A stretch of 64,000 bases of DNA from a phage, in assembly GCA_024672275.1 (NCBI GenBank), contig GCA_024672275.1_4536.1. One strand, 5' to 3'. Both the position numbers and the translations under genes were made by a program. How positions within the stretch are numbered: position 1 is the stretch's first letter; the number at the start of each line of letters is the position of its first letter. The notes under the pieces are model-generated. The model was not told where the DNA came from. It saw only the letters and a program-made list of their open reading frames with translations, and did not search any database. Below are positions 1-7,480 of the stretch, piece by piece.

Positions 1-34
1 AAAAAAACATCATTCATCACCTGGAGTTAAAATC

Positions 35-232
35 ATGGCAACATTGCACATAGTAGCGAAAGCAGGACAAATCAGCGTCGTGGTAAACGGTTTTACTGAG
101 TTCAGTCATCCCCAGGATGATCATGAAACGGTTTTATCTTTCATTGATTCCCTGTTAGAAATGGGAGTCATTACAGAAGACCAGCACGCTACAAAATGCA
201 AGCGCGTTAATCAAATTGCAGGAATAGAATAA
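35..232 (+). CDS. hypothetical small protein (65 aa)
   Basis: ATG at 35 preceded by purine-rich SD-like tract; same strand as following gene array; no recognisable motif. Confidence 0.45.
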   Translation: MATLHIVAKAGQISVVVNGFTEFSHPQDDHETVLSFIDSLLEMGVITEDQHATKCKRVNQIAGIE

Positions 233-238
233 AAAGTA

Positions 239-296
239 TTGACAACAAACAACAACCTGATAAGATGTATCACGTAGGGCGGCAATGGTGCCGCTC
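239..296 (+). promoter_or_regulatory. sigma70/sigA-type promoter + 5'-proximal GC hairpin cassette
   Basis: TTGACA 239-244, 16-nt spacer, TGn-TAAGAT 261-266, conserved CACGTAGGGCGG box, hairpin GCGGC/GCCGC 277-296 (20-mer TAGGGCGGCAATGGTGCCGC), 23 nt before ATG 320. Confidence 0.7.
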
Positions 297-319
297 ACAA
301 CAGAAGAGAGATTATAATC

Positions 320-592
320 ATGGCATCATATAGCGCAACAATGATCGTAGCTGGCACCACTGGTAAACCTATGAGCGGTGGCGGATCTTTCGCAAATATC
401 AACATTGACGGGCGTTTATCCCTGGACGCAGCGATCACCGTGGCGCGGGAAACATTTAAGAAAGAATGTAAATTCAATAAACAAGATTATCTCGGTTTTG
501 CTATTGAAAAAACCGCGCGCTTTGTTGATTATAAAAGCCCAAAAATGGTTGATACTACACTAAAAGCGCAAGATGTAGCGTTTTTACTTTAA
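320..592 (+). CDS. hypothetical protein (90 aa)
   Basis: ATG 320 directly downstream of promoter-hairpin cassette and purine-rich RBS; ORF track. Confidence 0.6.
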   Translation: MASYSATMIVAGTTGKPMSGGGSFANINIDGRLSLDAAITVARETFKKECKFNKQDYLGFAIEKTARFVDYKSPKMVDTTLKAQDVAFLL

Positions 593-595
593 GGC

Positions 596-651
596 TTGAC
601 ATTAACGAATAATTTGTTTATATGTTACATAAAGCGGGAATAGTTCCCGCT
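596..651 (+). promoter_or_regulatory. sigma70-type promoter + GC hairpin cassette
   Basis: TTGACA 596-601, 17-nt spacer, TATATG 619-624, hairpin AGCGGGAA-TAG-TTCCCGCT 633-651. Confidence 0.65.
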
Positions 652-668
652 ATTTGTAAGGTGGTAGA

Positions 669-926
669 ATGTTTTACATCAAATTAAAAGGTCACGTGAT
701 CGCGTTCAAAGATAACGCTTTTTACAGATTAGCAAAATATGCGTTAATACATCCCCACTATGTTTATATAAGGGGGCGTGATGAAATAAATATCTTTGAT
801 CAAACAACATGCGAAAACATCGAGATCCGCAAGGTTGGCGTACGTGATTATCGTACATCTTTCTACCCTTGCAAGGATTCAGCAAGTCTTTTTAAAGTAT
901 GCCAATTGTTGAAAAAAGGTGGTTAA
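669..926 (+). CDS. hypothetical protein (85 aa)
   Basis: ATG 669 after cassette; RBS GGTGG; ORF track. Confidence 0.6.
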   Translation: MFYIKLKGHVIAFKDNAFYRLAKYALIHPHYVYIRGRDEINIFDQTTCENIEIRKVGVRDYRTSFYPCKDSASLFKVCQLLKKGG

Positions 927-927
927 T

Positions 928-1485
928 ATGGGCCGCGAATATGTGATCCAGTCTTGGGTAAAACATGAAGCAGATGATCCGCGCATCATTCCCAATCATC
1001 TTATCGATGAATCCACGGGATATAGCGGTGAGCAAATAGGTAACAGATTAGCACGTAGTAACGGCAACGTAAAAGCGCGTTATGTGCGCCCTGGTTGGCT
1101 GGCAAATGGTAACGCTGATTTATCCAGTGCGGAAGATGCGAGCGACGGCGCGAAAGATAATCCTTTGTACAAAGTTGATCCGGCTTTTCGTGTCCTGGAT
1201 GAATACCCCAGCAAGATAGCGGCGCTCGATCAGGCCCTGGAAAGTAAGCGCATCACCTGGACCGCTTACAACATGGCAAAAAACGTACTTGATGGTAAAT
1301 TGATTCAAGCTGAAAGAAAATTAGCCAAAATTGCAGCCATAGCCCAGGAGGAAGACGAGGAGACAACGGAAGAGGAAGAGTACGAAGAGATCCCGCCGTT
1401 GTTGTGCGTTGATGCTTTTCCTGATTATCAGCCGACAGAGGAAGAAAAAAGGATCGCACTAGAAAACTTTGAAAATAGTCTTTGA
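928..1485 (+). CDS. hypothetical protein with acidic C-terminal tract (185 aa)
   Basis: Internal ATG 928 with RBS AAAAAGGTGG (track ORF begins at GTG 919); translationally coupled to 669..926. Confidence 0.6.
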   Translation: MGREYVIQSWVKHEADDPRIIPNHLIDESTGYSGEQIGNRLARSNGNVKARYVRPGWLANGNADLSSAEDASDGAKDNPLYKVDPAFRVLDEYPSKIAALDQALESKRITWTAYNMAKNVLDGKLIQAERKLAKIAAIAQEEDEETTEEEEYEEIPPLLCVDAFPDYQPTEEEKRIALENFENSL

Positions 1486-1540
1486 CATATCGCCGCCACT
1501 GGCATAATATTTACCACGTAGGGCGGCAATGGTGCCGCTC
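1482..1540 (+). promoter_or_regulatory. sigma70-type promoter + GC hairpin cassette
   Basis: TTGACA 1482-1487, N17, TAATAT 1505-1510, TTACCACGTAGGGCGG box, exact 20-mer hairpin 1521-1540. Confidence 0.7.
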
Positions 1541-1567
1541 ATAGTGAAATTATGCAAGAGGTTTACA

Positions 1568-1663
1568 ATGATTAATAAAGAAAATAGCTTGACGGTTGGA
1601 ACGATTAACGCTATCATTTTCGCCGTTCCATTTTGGGTTGTAGTAGCGGCTATTATTTTCTAA
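1568..1663 (+). CDS. small hydrophobic peptide (31 aa)
   Basis: ATG 1568 after cassette, RBS AGAGG; predicted single TM helix; below 60-aa ORF-track cutoff. Confidence 0.4.
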   Translation: MINKENSLTVGTINAIIFAVPFWVVVAAIIF

Positions 1664-1672
1664 AAAATATTC

Positions 1673-1733
1673 TTGACAACGTTTTTTAATCTGATAAGAT
1701 GTATCACATAGGGCGGCGGAATACTTCCCCGCC
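1673..1733 (+). promoter_or_regulatory. sigma70-type promoter + GC hairpin cassette
   Basis: TTGACA 1673-1678, N16, TGn-TAAGAT 1695-1700, hairpin GGCGGCGGAA-TAC-TTCCCCGCC 1711-1733. Confidence 0.7.
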
Positions 1734-1754
1734 AAAACAAAAAAGGGTAACACA

Positions 1755-2117
1755 ATGAGCAAGCAAATCAATACTATCATGTTTAATCTGGTATCTTTCC
1801 GCGATGATATGAAAAATTTACCACGTGAAACGGTTGATATTCATGTTTCAGCTTATCGCGCCCTTATTGACATGTTACCGCTAAAACGTGATCAACATGC
1901 CGCTAATATGATGCTTAATGCTATGCTTAAAAAGATGATTCAAACGGATCTCACCCTGGCGTATGAGTATCAAGGGCGCTTATATGCAACTTACAACAAG
2001 GCGGTACCTGGTCTGGGAAGTACCGAAGAGTTGCACGGCTTAAACCTGGATCAAAACACTTGGGATAGTATGCGCCGCGTTATGGTATGGGCTGAAAGCG
2101 GTAAAATTTACGAATAA
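1755..2117 (+). CDS. hypothetical protein (120 aa)
   Basis: ATG 1755 after cassette; ORF track. Confidence 0.6.
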   Translation: MSKQINTIMFNLVSFRDDMKNLPRETVDIHVSAYRALIDMLPLKRDQHAANMMLNAMLKKMIQTDLTLAYEYQGRLYATYNKAVPGLGSTEELHGLNLDQNTWDSMRRVMVWAESGKIYE

Positions 2118-2123
2118 AAACGG

Positions 2124-2183
2124 TTGACACTGTTTAAACTTCTGGTATAGTTTACCACATAGGGCGGGAAGTGGTTTCCCGCC
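2124..2183 (+). promoter_or_regulatory. sigma70-type promoter + GC hairpin cassette
   Basis: TTGACA 2124-2129, N16, TGn-TATAGT 2146-2151, hairpin GGCGGGAA-GTGGT-TTCCCGCC 2162-2183. Confidence 0.7.
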
Positions 2184-2205
2184 AACAATGAAAAAGGTTA
2201 TCATC

Positions 2206-2571
2206 ATGGCTATTAATATTAATGTTTCCTCTTATGCTACCCTGGCTGACACGGCTAAAATTGAATTATCCAGCATTGAGGCGGTGCATATTAGCGCCCG
2301 TCGCTGGTTTCAACAGTCCTACGGTAATACATATTTTTCTTTAATGGTTGACGTTGAGATCGGCGGTAAACTGATCGAGGTGGTTAACGTTCCGTTTCAA
2401 TATGGCTATGGTGATCATTTTGATACCGTCGCCCTGGAAGAATTTAGCAAGGTTGTTAATATGGAAGGTAAAGAGTTTTTACGCGGCGCGTATCTTTCCC
2501 GTTTTTGCCGTGACAATGGGATCACTGTATACAGTCATGCAAGCGATGTTAAACGTAAAAAAGATCTATAA
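2206..2571 (+). CDS. hypothetical protein (121 aa)
   Basis: Internal ATG 2206 with RBS AAAAAGG favoured over track start 2188; N-terminus MA.. like neighbouring genes. Confidence 0.55.
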   Translation: MAININVSSYATLADTAKIELSSIEAVHISARRWFQQSYGNTYFSLMVDVEIGGKLIEVVNVPFQYGYGDHFDTVALEEFSKVVNMEGKEFLRGAYLSRFCRDNGITVYSHASDVKRKKDL

Positions 2572-2577
2572 AAAGCA

Positions 2578-2637
2578 TTGACAACACGAATAAAAAGAGT
2601 AAACTGTATTACATAGAGAGCGGGAACACTTCCCGCC
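2578..2637 (+). promoter_or_regulatory. sigma70-type promoter + GC hairpin cassette
   Basis: TTGACA 2578-2583, N16, TAAACT 2600-2605, hairpin GCGGGAA-CAC-TTCCCGC about 2619-2637. Confidence 0.65.
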
Positions 2638-2660
2638 TCACTGAAAAAGAGAGAAAAATC

Positions 2661-2900
2661 ATGGCTAAATCTAAAATGTACAACGGTCACAAAAACAAAA
2701 CTCATTGGAATGTAAGCCTTTGGATTAATAACGATGAATCGTTATACCGGTTGGCCCAAGATTTTATTAACGCTAATGCTAATCGTAATGATGCGGCGCG
2801 GGATATGATGCTTTTTCTGGAACAAACTGGACAAGATAAAACGCCAGACGGTTTCAAATATAGCACTACTGCGATCCGTGCCGCGATGGTTGGAATGTAA
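2661..2900 (+). CDS. hypothetical protein (79 aa)
   Basis: ATG 2661 after cassette and AGAGAG RBS; ORF track. Confidence 0.6.
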   Translation: MAKSKMYNGHKNKTHWNVSLWINNDESLYRLAQDFINANANRNDAARDMMLFLEQTGQDKTPDGFKYSTTAIRAAMVGM

Positions 2901-2909
2901 TAAAAACAG

Positions 2910-2969
2910 TTGACAACGTTTAAAATTAGTGTAAGATGTATCACATAGGGCGGGAAGTGGTTTCCCGCC
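2910..2969 (+). promoter_or_regulatory. sigma70-type promoter + GC hairpin cassette
   Basis: TTGACA 2910-2915, N16, TAAGAT 2932-2937, hairpin identical to 2162-2183 copy (GGCGGGAAGTGGTTTCCCGCC) 2948-2969. Confidence 0.7.
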
Positions 2970-2990
2970 AAAACAGAGAGATTAAAGATT

Positions 2991-3218
2991 ATGGCTATCA
3001 ATATTGTTCGCGTATCCGGCACCGTTGGCACTTCCCAGGTCATTGCAGTTGTAACAAACAAAAAGATTAATGATGTATGTGAAAGCTTGAATAAGTGGGC
3101 TATTGCTAATTTTGGGGAATATGCAAGCGTTGAGTACATCGAATCCTACCAGGTGCCAACCATCAGCCTAACCGATCTCAACGTTGATCGCCTGTTATGC
3201 CTGGATGAATTAATCTGA
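2991..3218 (+). CDS. hypothetical protein (75 aa)
   Basis: ATG 2991 after cassette; ORF track. Confidence 0.6.
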   Translation: MAINIVRVSGTVGTSQVIAVVTNKKINDVCESLNKWAIANFGEYASVEYIESYQVPTISLTDLNVDRLLCLDELI

Positions 3219-3227
3219 AAAAGATTG

Positions 3228-3285
3228 TTGACACCGGAAAGAAAAAGAGTAAACTGTATTACGTAGGGCGGCAATAGTGCCGCTC
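3228..3285 (+). promoter_or_regulatory. sigma70-type promoter + GC hairpin cassette
   Basis: TTGACA 3228-3233, N16, TAAACT 3250-3255, hairpin GGCGGCAATAGTGCCGC (1 mismatch to 20-mer) 3266-3285. Confidence 0.7.
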
Positions 3286-3308
3286 ACAACAGAAGAGAGA
3301 TTATCACG

Positions 3309-3524
3309 ATGGCTAATATCCGTACACTGTTAAAAAATGCAAGTCAAGTTTTATTTTCAGATGACGAGTATTTCAATAAAGACATTACAGGCGTAAAAAA
3401 TCTTAAAGATGTAAAGGATGTGATAGGTATTCGCGGATCTTTACGTAAAGGTGACTACTACGGCAATAAAGTACAATATAAATTAAATCAGTCTTATGAT
3501 TTTACTTTGACAATTATTTCATAA
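3309..3524 (+). CDS. hypothetical protein (71 aa)
   Basis: ATG 3309 after cassette; ORF track. Confidence 0.6.
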   Translation: MANIRTLLKNASQVLFSDDEYFNKDITGVKNLKDVKDVIGIRGSLRKGDYYGNKVQYKLNQSYDFTLTIIS

Positions 3525-3530
3525 AACCGC

Positions 3531-3592
3531 TTGCAATCTTAATAAAATAAAGTAAACTGTATTACATCAAGGCGGCGGAATGGTCCACCGCC
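3531..3592 (+). promoter_or_regulatory. sigma70-type promoter + GC hairpin cassette
   Basis: TTGCAA 3531-3536, N16, TAAACT 3553-3558, hairpin GGCGGCGGAA-TGG-TCCACCGCC 3571-3592. Confidence 0.6.
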
Positions 3593-3616
3593 TAACAAAG
3601 AGAAGAGGAAAATATC

Positions 3617-3784
3617 ATGATCACTTTCGCTACCCGTGAAGCCGCTCGCAACGTTGCACGTAAAGTTAACGCCGCCAACCTGGGTGCTACTTTTAAAGCC
3701 CCGGTGAAAGATGAATCAGGAAAATGGATCTTCCCTGGTCTGCGTCATGCTGACAAGTTAGGTACTTTAAGCCTTAAAAAATAA
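3617..3784 (+). CDS. hypothetical small protein (55 aa)
   Basis: ATG 3617 after cassette, RBS AGAGGAAAA; below ORF-track size cutoff. Confidence 0.5.
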   Translation: MITFATREAARNVARKVNAANLGATFKAPVKDESGKWIFPGLRHADKLGTLSLKK

Positions 3785-3787
3785 TCG

Positions 3788-3824
3788 TTGACTTTTCGTT
3801 ATAGCGCCTTACAATGGGCGCTAT
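3788..3824 (+). promoter_or_regulatory. sigma70-type promoter with palindrome overlapping -10 (operator-like)
   Basis: TTGACT 3788-3793, N16, TACAAT 3810-3815; perfect inverted repeat ATAGCGCC/GGCGCTAT 3801-3824 straddles the -10 instead of lying downstream. Confidence 0.55.
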
Positions 3825-3858
3825 AGAGAAGAGAAACCACTACTAACAAGGAAACATC

Positions 3859-4080
3859 ATGATCACTTTCGCTATTGTCGCCGTTGTTGCTGGTCAGGTT
3901 TACATAAACGATACATTCACCACAGAAGACAAGGCCGCAGGAGACATAACCGCCGTTTACAATGAGTGCAAGGCAGTAGAAAGGATGTTAGCGCCTTGTA
4001 TGCTAATGAGTGAACGCCAGGACGGGATAACAGTATTTACTAACATTGAAACAGGGTACCAAATGGTAGTAACAAAATAA
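3859..4080 (+). CDS. hypothetical protein (73 aa)
   Basis: ATG 3859; ORF track. Confidence 0.6.
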   Translation: MITFAIVAVVAGQVYINDTFTTEDKAAGDITAVYNECKAVERMLAPCMLMSERQDGITVFTNIETGYQMVVTK

Positions 4081-4083
4081 AGC

Positions 4084-4141
4084 TTGACACGGATTTAATT
4101 TTCAGTAAATTGTTACACGTAGGGCGGGAATAGTTCCCGCT
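4084..4141 (+). promoter_or_regulatory. sigma70-type promoter + GC hairpin cassette
   Basis: TTGACA 4084-4089, N16, TAAATT 4106-4111, GTTACACGTAGGGCGG box, hairpin AGCGGGAA-TAG-TTCCCGCT 4121-4141. Confidence 0.7.
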
Positions 4142-4158
4142 AAAAAGAGAGAAAGACC

Positions 4159-4512
4159 ATGAAAGCACAAAATACAATTAAAGAGTACGTCCTTGCCGCT
4201 ATCGATTTTAATGATTACAGTATTACAACCGAAAAAGAGAAGATCGCGGAATTGATGCGCCGTTTTAATTCCGAGTACTGGTACCCTGATAACCAATCAC
4301 GTTTTAATTATAGTATTGTTAAAGCACTTGCATCATGGTTACAAGGTTTGCCATCAGATATCAATATCGCTTTCGAATATTGGGAAATTGATCGCTTGTT
4401 AACATCCTGGGGATACATTAAAGAGAATAGCAGCGATGATAAAATCCAACGAGAAAGGGAAAATTATTGGCTTTATATTGCAGGCGTGATCCTTGCTTGC
4501 TCTTATGAATGA
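4159..4512 (+). CDS. hypothetical protein (117 aa)
   Basis: ATG 4159 after cassette; ORF track. Confidence 0.6.
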   Translation: MKAQNTIKEYVLAAIDFNDYSITTEKEKIAELMRRFNSEYWYPDNQSRFNYSIVKALASWLQGLPSDINIAFEYWEIDRLLTSWGYIKENSSDDKIQRERENYWLYIAGVILACSYE

Positions 4513-4518
4513 TAAACC

Positions 4519-4572
4519 TTGACAATTTTACAAAACAGTTTAAATTAACAATATAGCGGCAATGGTGCCGCT
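4519..4572 (+). promoter_or_regulatory. sigma70-type promoter + GC hairpin cassette
   Basis: TTGACA 4519-4524, N16, TAAATT 4541-4546, hairpin AGCGGCAATGGTGCCGCT 4555-4572. Confidence 0.65.
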
Positions 4573-4591
4573 CATATGAAGAGGAAACAAA

Positions 4592-4738
4592 ATGAATACA
4601 TCTAATCGCGCAGAAAAAATTCAATCTTCCAAGATCCGCAAAGCCTGGAACGAGGAAGTGATCCGCAAAGGCGACAAGCGCAATAAAACAAAGCGCGGGA
4701 AGAGTGACAAATATAATTGGATGGATTTAGAGGATTAA
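4592..4738 (+). CDS. small basic protein (48 aa, K/R-rich)
   Basis: ATG 4592 after cassette; RBS AGAGGAAA; below ORF-track cutoff. Confidence 0.45.
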   Translation: MNTSNRAEKIQSSKIRKAWNEEVIRKGDKRNKTKRGKSDKYNWMDLED

Positions 4739-4744
4739 CATAAC

Positions 4745-4772
4745 AAGGGCGCACCAAGCGCCCTTTCTTTTT
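4745..4772 (+). terminator. rho-independent terminator
   Basis: Hairpin AGGGCGC-ACCAA-GCGCCCT followed by TTTCTTTTT; identical copy at 10451-10479. Confidence 0.7.
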
Positions 4773-4793
4773 ACATGTAGAGGATAAACAAAA

Positions 4794-4979
4794 ATGACTT
4801 TAAACGAGCTTAAAACAGCCTACAGCGCAACATTAAAAATAGCCGTGCGCTACCGTGACGAATACGGTTTTATTGCGCAGGGCGTGATCCTGGGCTTTTC
4901 TGACGATGGTTTGATCTATGTTGATGCACATCATAATAAGGTAAAACCTGAAAACGTCATTAGCATAAAATATCTTTAA
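4794..4979 (+). CDS. hypothetical protein (61 aa)
   Basis: ATG 4794 with RBS AGAGGA; ORF track. Confidence 0.5.
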   Translation: MTLNELKTAYSATLKIAVRYRDEYGFIAQGVILGFSDDGLIYVDAHHNKVKPENVISIKYL

Positions 4980-4985
4980 AAGTGG

Positions 4986-5045
4986 TTGACACCATAACTG
5001 GACCTGTTAAACTGTATTACATCAGGCGGGGAATAGTTCTCCACC
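4986..5045 (+). promoter_or_regulatory. sigma70-type promoter + GC hairpin cassette
   Basis: TTGACA 4986-4991, N16, TGn-TAAACT 5008-5013, imperfect hairpin GGCGGGGA-ATAGT-TCTCCACC 5025-5045. Confidence 0.6.
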
Positions 5046-5064
5046 ATACAAAAAGGTAAATATT

Positions 5065-5271
5065 ATGATCACCGCAAAACAAGAGAAAATCATTATCGAC
5101 GTTGCAGCCGTTGCCGCTATTGCTATTATTGGATCTTATTATGATACCCGTTTCCCGTCGGCTATGCATGAGGTCGCCGCCGTTGCATCAGTTGGCGTAC
5201 TGTTTTACGTTGGTAAACGCTATTTATCACCAATGATTAACAAGCTGACACCGTGGAAAAATAAAGGTTGA
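5065..5271 (+). CDS. hypothetical membrane protein (68 aa)
   Basis: ATG 5065; hydrophobic segment IIIDVAAVAAIAIIG; ORF track. Confidence 0.55.
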   Translation: MITAKQEKIIIDVAAVAAIAIIGSYYDTRFPSAMHEVAAVASVGVLFYVGKRYLSPMINKLTPWKNKG

Positions 5272-5325
5272 TCCTGTTTTATATTGTGTTATAGTTATCG
5301 TGTAGGGCGGCAATGGTGCCGCGCC
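5268..5325 (+). promoter_or_regulatory. sigma70-type promoter + GC hairpin cassette
   Basis: TTGATC 5268-5273, N16, TATAGT 5290-5295, exact 20-mer hairpin 5305-5322. Confidence 0.6.
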
Positions 5326-5342
5326 CTTTTGAGGATGCAATC

Positions 5343-5627
5343 ATGAGTAAAGCTAACACCGTGCTAATGTTTTCCCTGATTAATGATCCCGCTTACTTGT
5401 CCAACATGACGCAGGACGGTAACACATTAACGGCAACATTCACCAATAAGCTTGACCGGGTGATCATCGTCTCACTGAAAACAGTTAGTAAAGGCTTTTA
5501 CTCGTTAGCTTATCATTGGATCACCGATACCGATGAGACAAGCCAGGACTATAGCGCCCCTTTCCCTGAATCAATGGCACGGGAGATCATCGCCGCCGTT
5601 GTAAATGATGGTTTGTTTACTGCATAA
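5343..5627 (+). CDS. hypothetical protein (94 aa)
   Basis: Internal ATG 5343 with RBS GAGGAT; track start 5313 lies inside the promoter hairpin. Confidence 0.55.
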   Translation: MSKANTVLMFSLINDPAYLSNMTQDGNTLTATFTNKLDRVIIVSLKTVSKGFYSLAYHWITDTDETSQDYSAPFPESMAREIIAAVVNDGLFTA

Positions 5628-5644
5628 AATAATTTAGAAAAAGG

Positions 5645-5701
5645 CTTGCAATCATTTTGAGATAGTGTATATTTAATTCATAGGGCGGCGGGAATAGTTC
5701 C
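5645..5701 (+). promoter_or_regulatory. sigma70-type promoter + GC hairpin cassette
   Basis: TTGCAA 5645-5650, N16, TATATT 5667-5672, hairpin GGGAA-TAG-TTCCC within GGGCGGCGGGAATAGTTCCC 5682-5701. Confidence 0.55.
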
Positions 5702-5725
5702 CAAAGCAAACGAGAGGATTACACG

Positions 5726-5845
5726 ATGAGCAAGTACACAGTAGAATACACGGTAGAAAATCCGGCAGTATCCGAAGGTAAAAAGATGACATTTGCCATC
5801 AGTATAATCGCTTTCGTTGTCACTATCTTATCAATCATCTTATAA
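5726..5845 (+). CDS. small hydrophobic peptide (39 aa)
   Basis: ATG 5726 with RBS GAGAGGA; C-terminal TM helix; below ORF-track cutoff. Confidence 0.45.
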   Translation: MSKYTVEYTVENPAVSEGKKMTFAISIIAFVVTILSIIL

Positions 5846-5855
5846 GGTACATACC

Positions 5856-6017
5856 ATGAAAACAGCAGACATTATCAAAGAGATCGCCCTTGCCGCTGGT
5901 GTTGAAGTCGAGGAAGTGATCGCGCTCAATCTTACAGAAAACGATCTGCGCAACTATGAAGCGGAAAGCGTGAAAGCAAGCGGCGCGGTCCTGGTATATG
6001 ATCCGGCTAACAAGTAA
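5856..6017 (+). CDS. hypothetical small protein (53 aa)
   Basis: Internal ATG 5856 of track ORF 5817..6017; follows stop of previous peptide. Confidence 0.45.
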   Translation: MKTADIIKEIALAAGVEVEEVIALNLTENDLRNYEAESVKASGAVLVYDPANK

Positions 6018-6026
6018 GGGGATAAC

Positions 6027-6137
6027 ATGAATCCGAAAGATATGCAAGCATGGAAAGGGTACGACGATCTAAGCGCCTTGCGCAATAAGTCAAGCCGTAA
6101 CTTTAGACGGTTGGAAGCAAAGAAAAAGAAAAAATAG
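6027..6137 (+). CDS. hypothetical small basic protein (36 aa)
   Basis: ATG 6027 with RBS AAGGGG; ends TAG immediately before next promoter. Confidence 0.4.
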   Translation: MNPKDMQAWKGYDDLSALRNKSSRNFRRLEAKKKKK

Positions 6138-6138
6138 T

Positions 6139-6196
6139 TTGACAAGTCCGCCTAGTCTGATAATATATATCTTGTAGGGCGGCAATGGTGCCGCTC
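6139..6196 (+). promoter_or_regulatory. sigma70-type promoter + GC hairpin cassette
   Basis: TTGACA 6139-6144, N16, TGn-TAATAT 6161-6166, exact 20-mer hairpin 6177-6196. Confidence 0.7.
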
Positions 6197-6215
6197 ACAA
6201 GAAGAGAGAAAAATT

Positions 6216-6500
6216 ATGAAAATCACAAAAAGCCTAACTAATTATGCAGCACGTCGCGGATTATGTTTAACCGTTGAAAACTTAGGGAAAGAAGACTTTT
6301 TGTGTTTTTGGGAGCTTGAAAACGATTGCGAGTGGATGTTTTCCTATTCTATCTGCGAAGATCAAAACGGTTGTTTGTTAACCTGGCGCGGTAATATCTA
6401 TTTACCGGAAGAAATTAAAGAAGAGTTACCAGGTACGATCATGACAGAGAGACAGCTTAAGGAAGTGATCAATTTTGTAGGGCAAAACATTAAAAAATAA
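6216..6500 (+). CDS. hypothetical protein (94 aa)
   Basis: ATG 6216 after cassette; ORF track. Confidence 0.6.
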   Translation: MKITKSLTNYAARRGLCLTVENLGKEDFLCFWELENDCEWMFSYSICEDQNGCLLTWRGNIYLPEEIKEELPGTIMTERQLKEVINFVGQNIKK

Positions 6501-6501
6501 T

Positions 6502-6564
6502 TTGACAGTAGGCAAACAACGTAGTAAAGTTTATTACATAGAGCGGCGGAATGGTCCACCGCTC
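6502..6564 (+). promoter_or_regulatory. sigma70-type promoter + GC hairpin cassette
   Basis: TTGACA 6502-6507, N17, TAAAGT 6525-6530, hairpin GAGCGGCGGAA-TGG-TCCACCGCTC 6541-6564. Confidence 0.65.
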
Positions 6565-6585
6565 ACAACAGAAGAGAAACAAATC

Positions 6586-6756
6586 ATGATCCCGACTATG
6601 TTTTATGTATCGCGCAAAGGTCACAATATTTTTTGGTCTGAAGATTTAAATGAAGCTATGACGTTTGCCCGTGATCGTGTTGCTATCGGTGGCGTTAACA
6701 TCACCGTAACCGATGAAAATGGCATTGAATACTATAACGGCGACGATGAAGAATAA
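6586..6756 (+). CDS. hypothetical small protein (56 aa)
   Basis: Internal ATG 6586 downstream of hairpin and AGAAGAGA RBS; track start 6502 is the TTG inside the -35 box. Confidence 0.55.
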   Translation: MIPTMFYVSRKGHNIFWSEDLNEAMTFARDRVAIGGVNITVTDENGIEYYNGDDEE

Positions 6757-6763
6757 TTAATGA

Positions 6764-6784
6764 GGCGGGGGAGTATTCCCCGCC
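6764..6784 (+). promoter_or_regulatory. GC hairpin of cassette type without recognisable promoter
   Basis: Hairpin GGCGGGGGAG-TAT-TCCCCGCC 20 nt upstream of ATG 6804; no -35/-10 found upstream. Confidence 0.45.
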
Positions 6785-6803
6785 GTCAATAAAGAGGTAA
6801 ATC

Positions 6804-7073
6804 ATGAAAATATCATTGGACGTTGCAATCAAGGCCATCGAGTCCGGTTACATCCTGGTAAAAGATGATAAGGCTAAAATAGTGCATCATGTTAACAAGG
6901 AAACAGGCGAAAGCATGATCACATATAAAGCCGCCTACTTTCTCCAATCAGTAGCAGATCCGCGCGTACAACGCCAGGTTACGGCGACTATTGCTAAAAA
7001 ATTATGTGCTTTACAGGGTGCAAGTTTTAACGAGATCGCCCCGTGTTTTGAGTGGTCAAGCTTGAAAAAATAA
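6804..7073 (+). CDS. hypothetical protein (89 aa)
   Basis: ATG 6804 with RBS AAAGAGG; ORF track. Confidence 0.6.
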   Translation: MKISLDVAIKAIESGYILVKDDKAKIVHHVNKETGESMITYKAAYFLQSVADPRVQRQVTATIAKKLCALQGASFNEIAPCFEWSSLKK

Positions 7074-7074
7074 T

Positions 7075-7136
7075 TTGACAACAATTATAAATCGGGTAGA
7101 ATGTATTTCGTAGGGCGGGGCAATAAGGCAACGCCC
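7075..7136 (+). promoter_or_regulatory. sigma70-type promoter + GC hairpin cassette
   Basis: TTGACA 7075-7080, N16, TAGAAT 7097-7102, hairpin GGGCG..CGCCC 7113-7136. Confidence 0.6.
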
Positions 7137-7154
7137 ATTAATGAGGGTAGAATC

Positions 7155-7259
7155 ATGTTAGAGAAAATTTTCACGGTTGTAATAGTGGGCCTGGCGTTAT
7201 CGGTTGGAGTGGTTGCAACTATGGCTAATATGATCCTATCTTCCCACGGTATCGGTTAA
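7155..7259 (+). CDS. small hydrophobic peptide (34 aa)
   Basis: ATG 7155 with RBS GAGGG; predicted TM helix. Confidence 0.45.
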   Translation: MLEKIFTVVIVGLALSVGVVATMANMILSSHGIG

Positions 7260-7269
7260 GGTGAAACAA

Positions 7270-7431
7270 ATGATCACGAACAAAACAGGCAAAACGGAAT
7301 TTTTACGCGGCTTACAAGTTGGTAAGCCTGAGATCTGGCATTGCACGAAGTCCGCGCATAATGAAATGAAAGATTTTACCGCTACTTTACAACGTGTTAA
7401 AATATCTATCACACAGAAAAAGCCTTGTTAG
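7270..7431 (+). CDS. hypothetical small protein (53 aa)
   Basis: ATG 7270 with RBS AAGGTG; below ORF-track cutoff. Confidence 0.4.
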   Translation: MITNKTGKTEFLRGLQVGKPEIWHCTKSAHNEMKDFTATLQRVKISITQKKPC

Positions 7432-7480
7432 TAGTAGAAAACGAGATCCCGCAAACTATTATTATTGTCGAGCGTACAGC

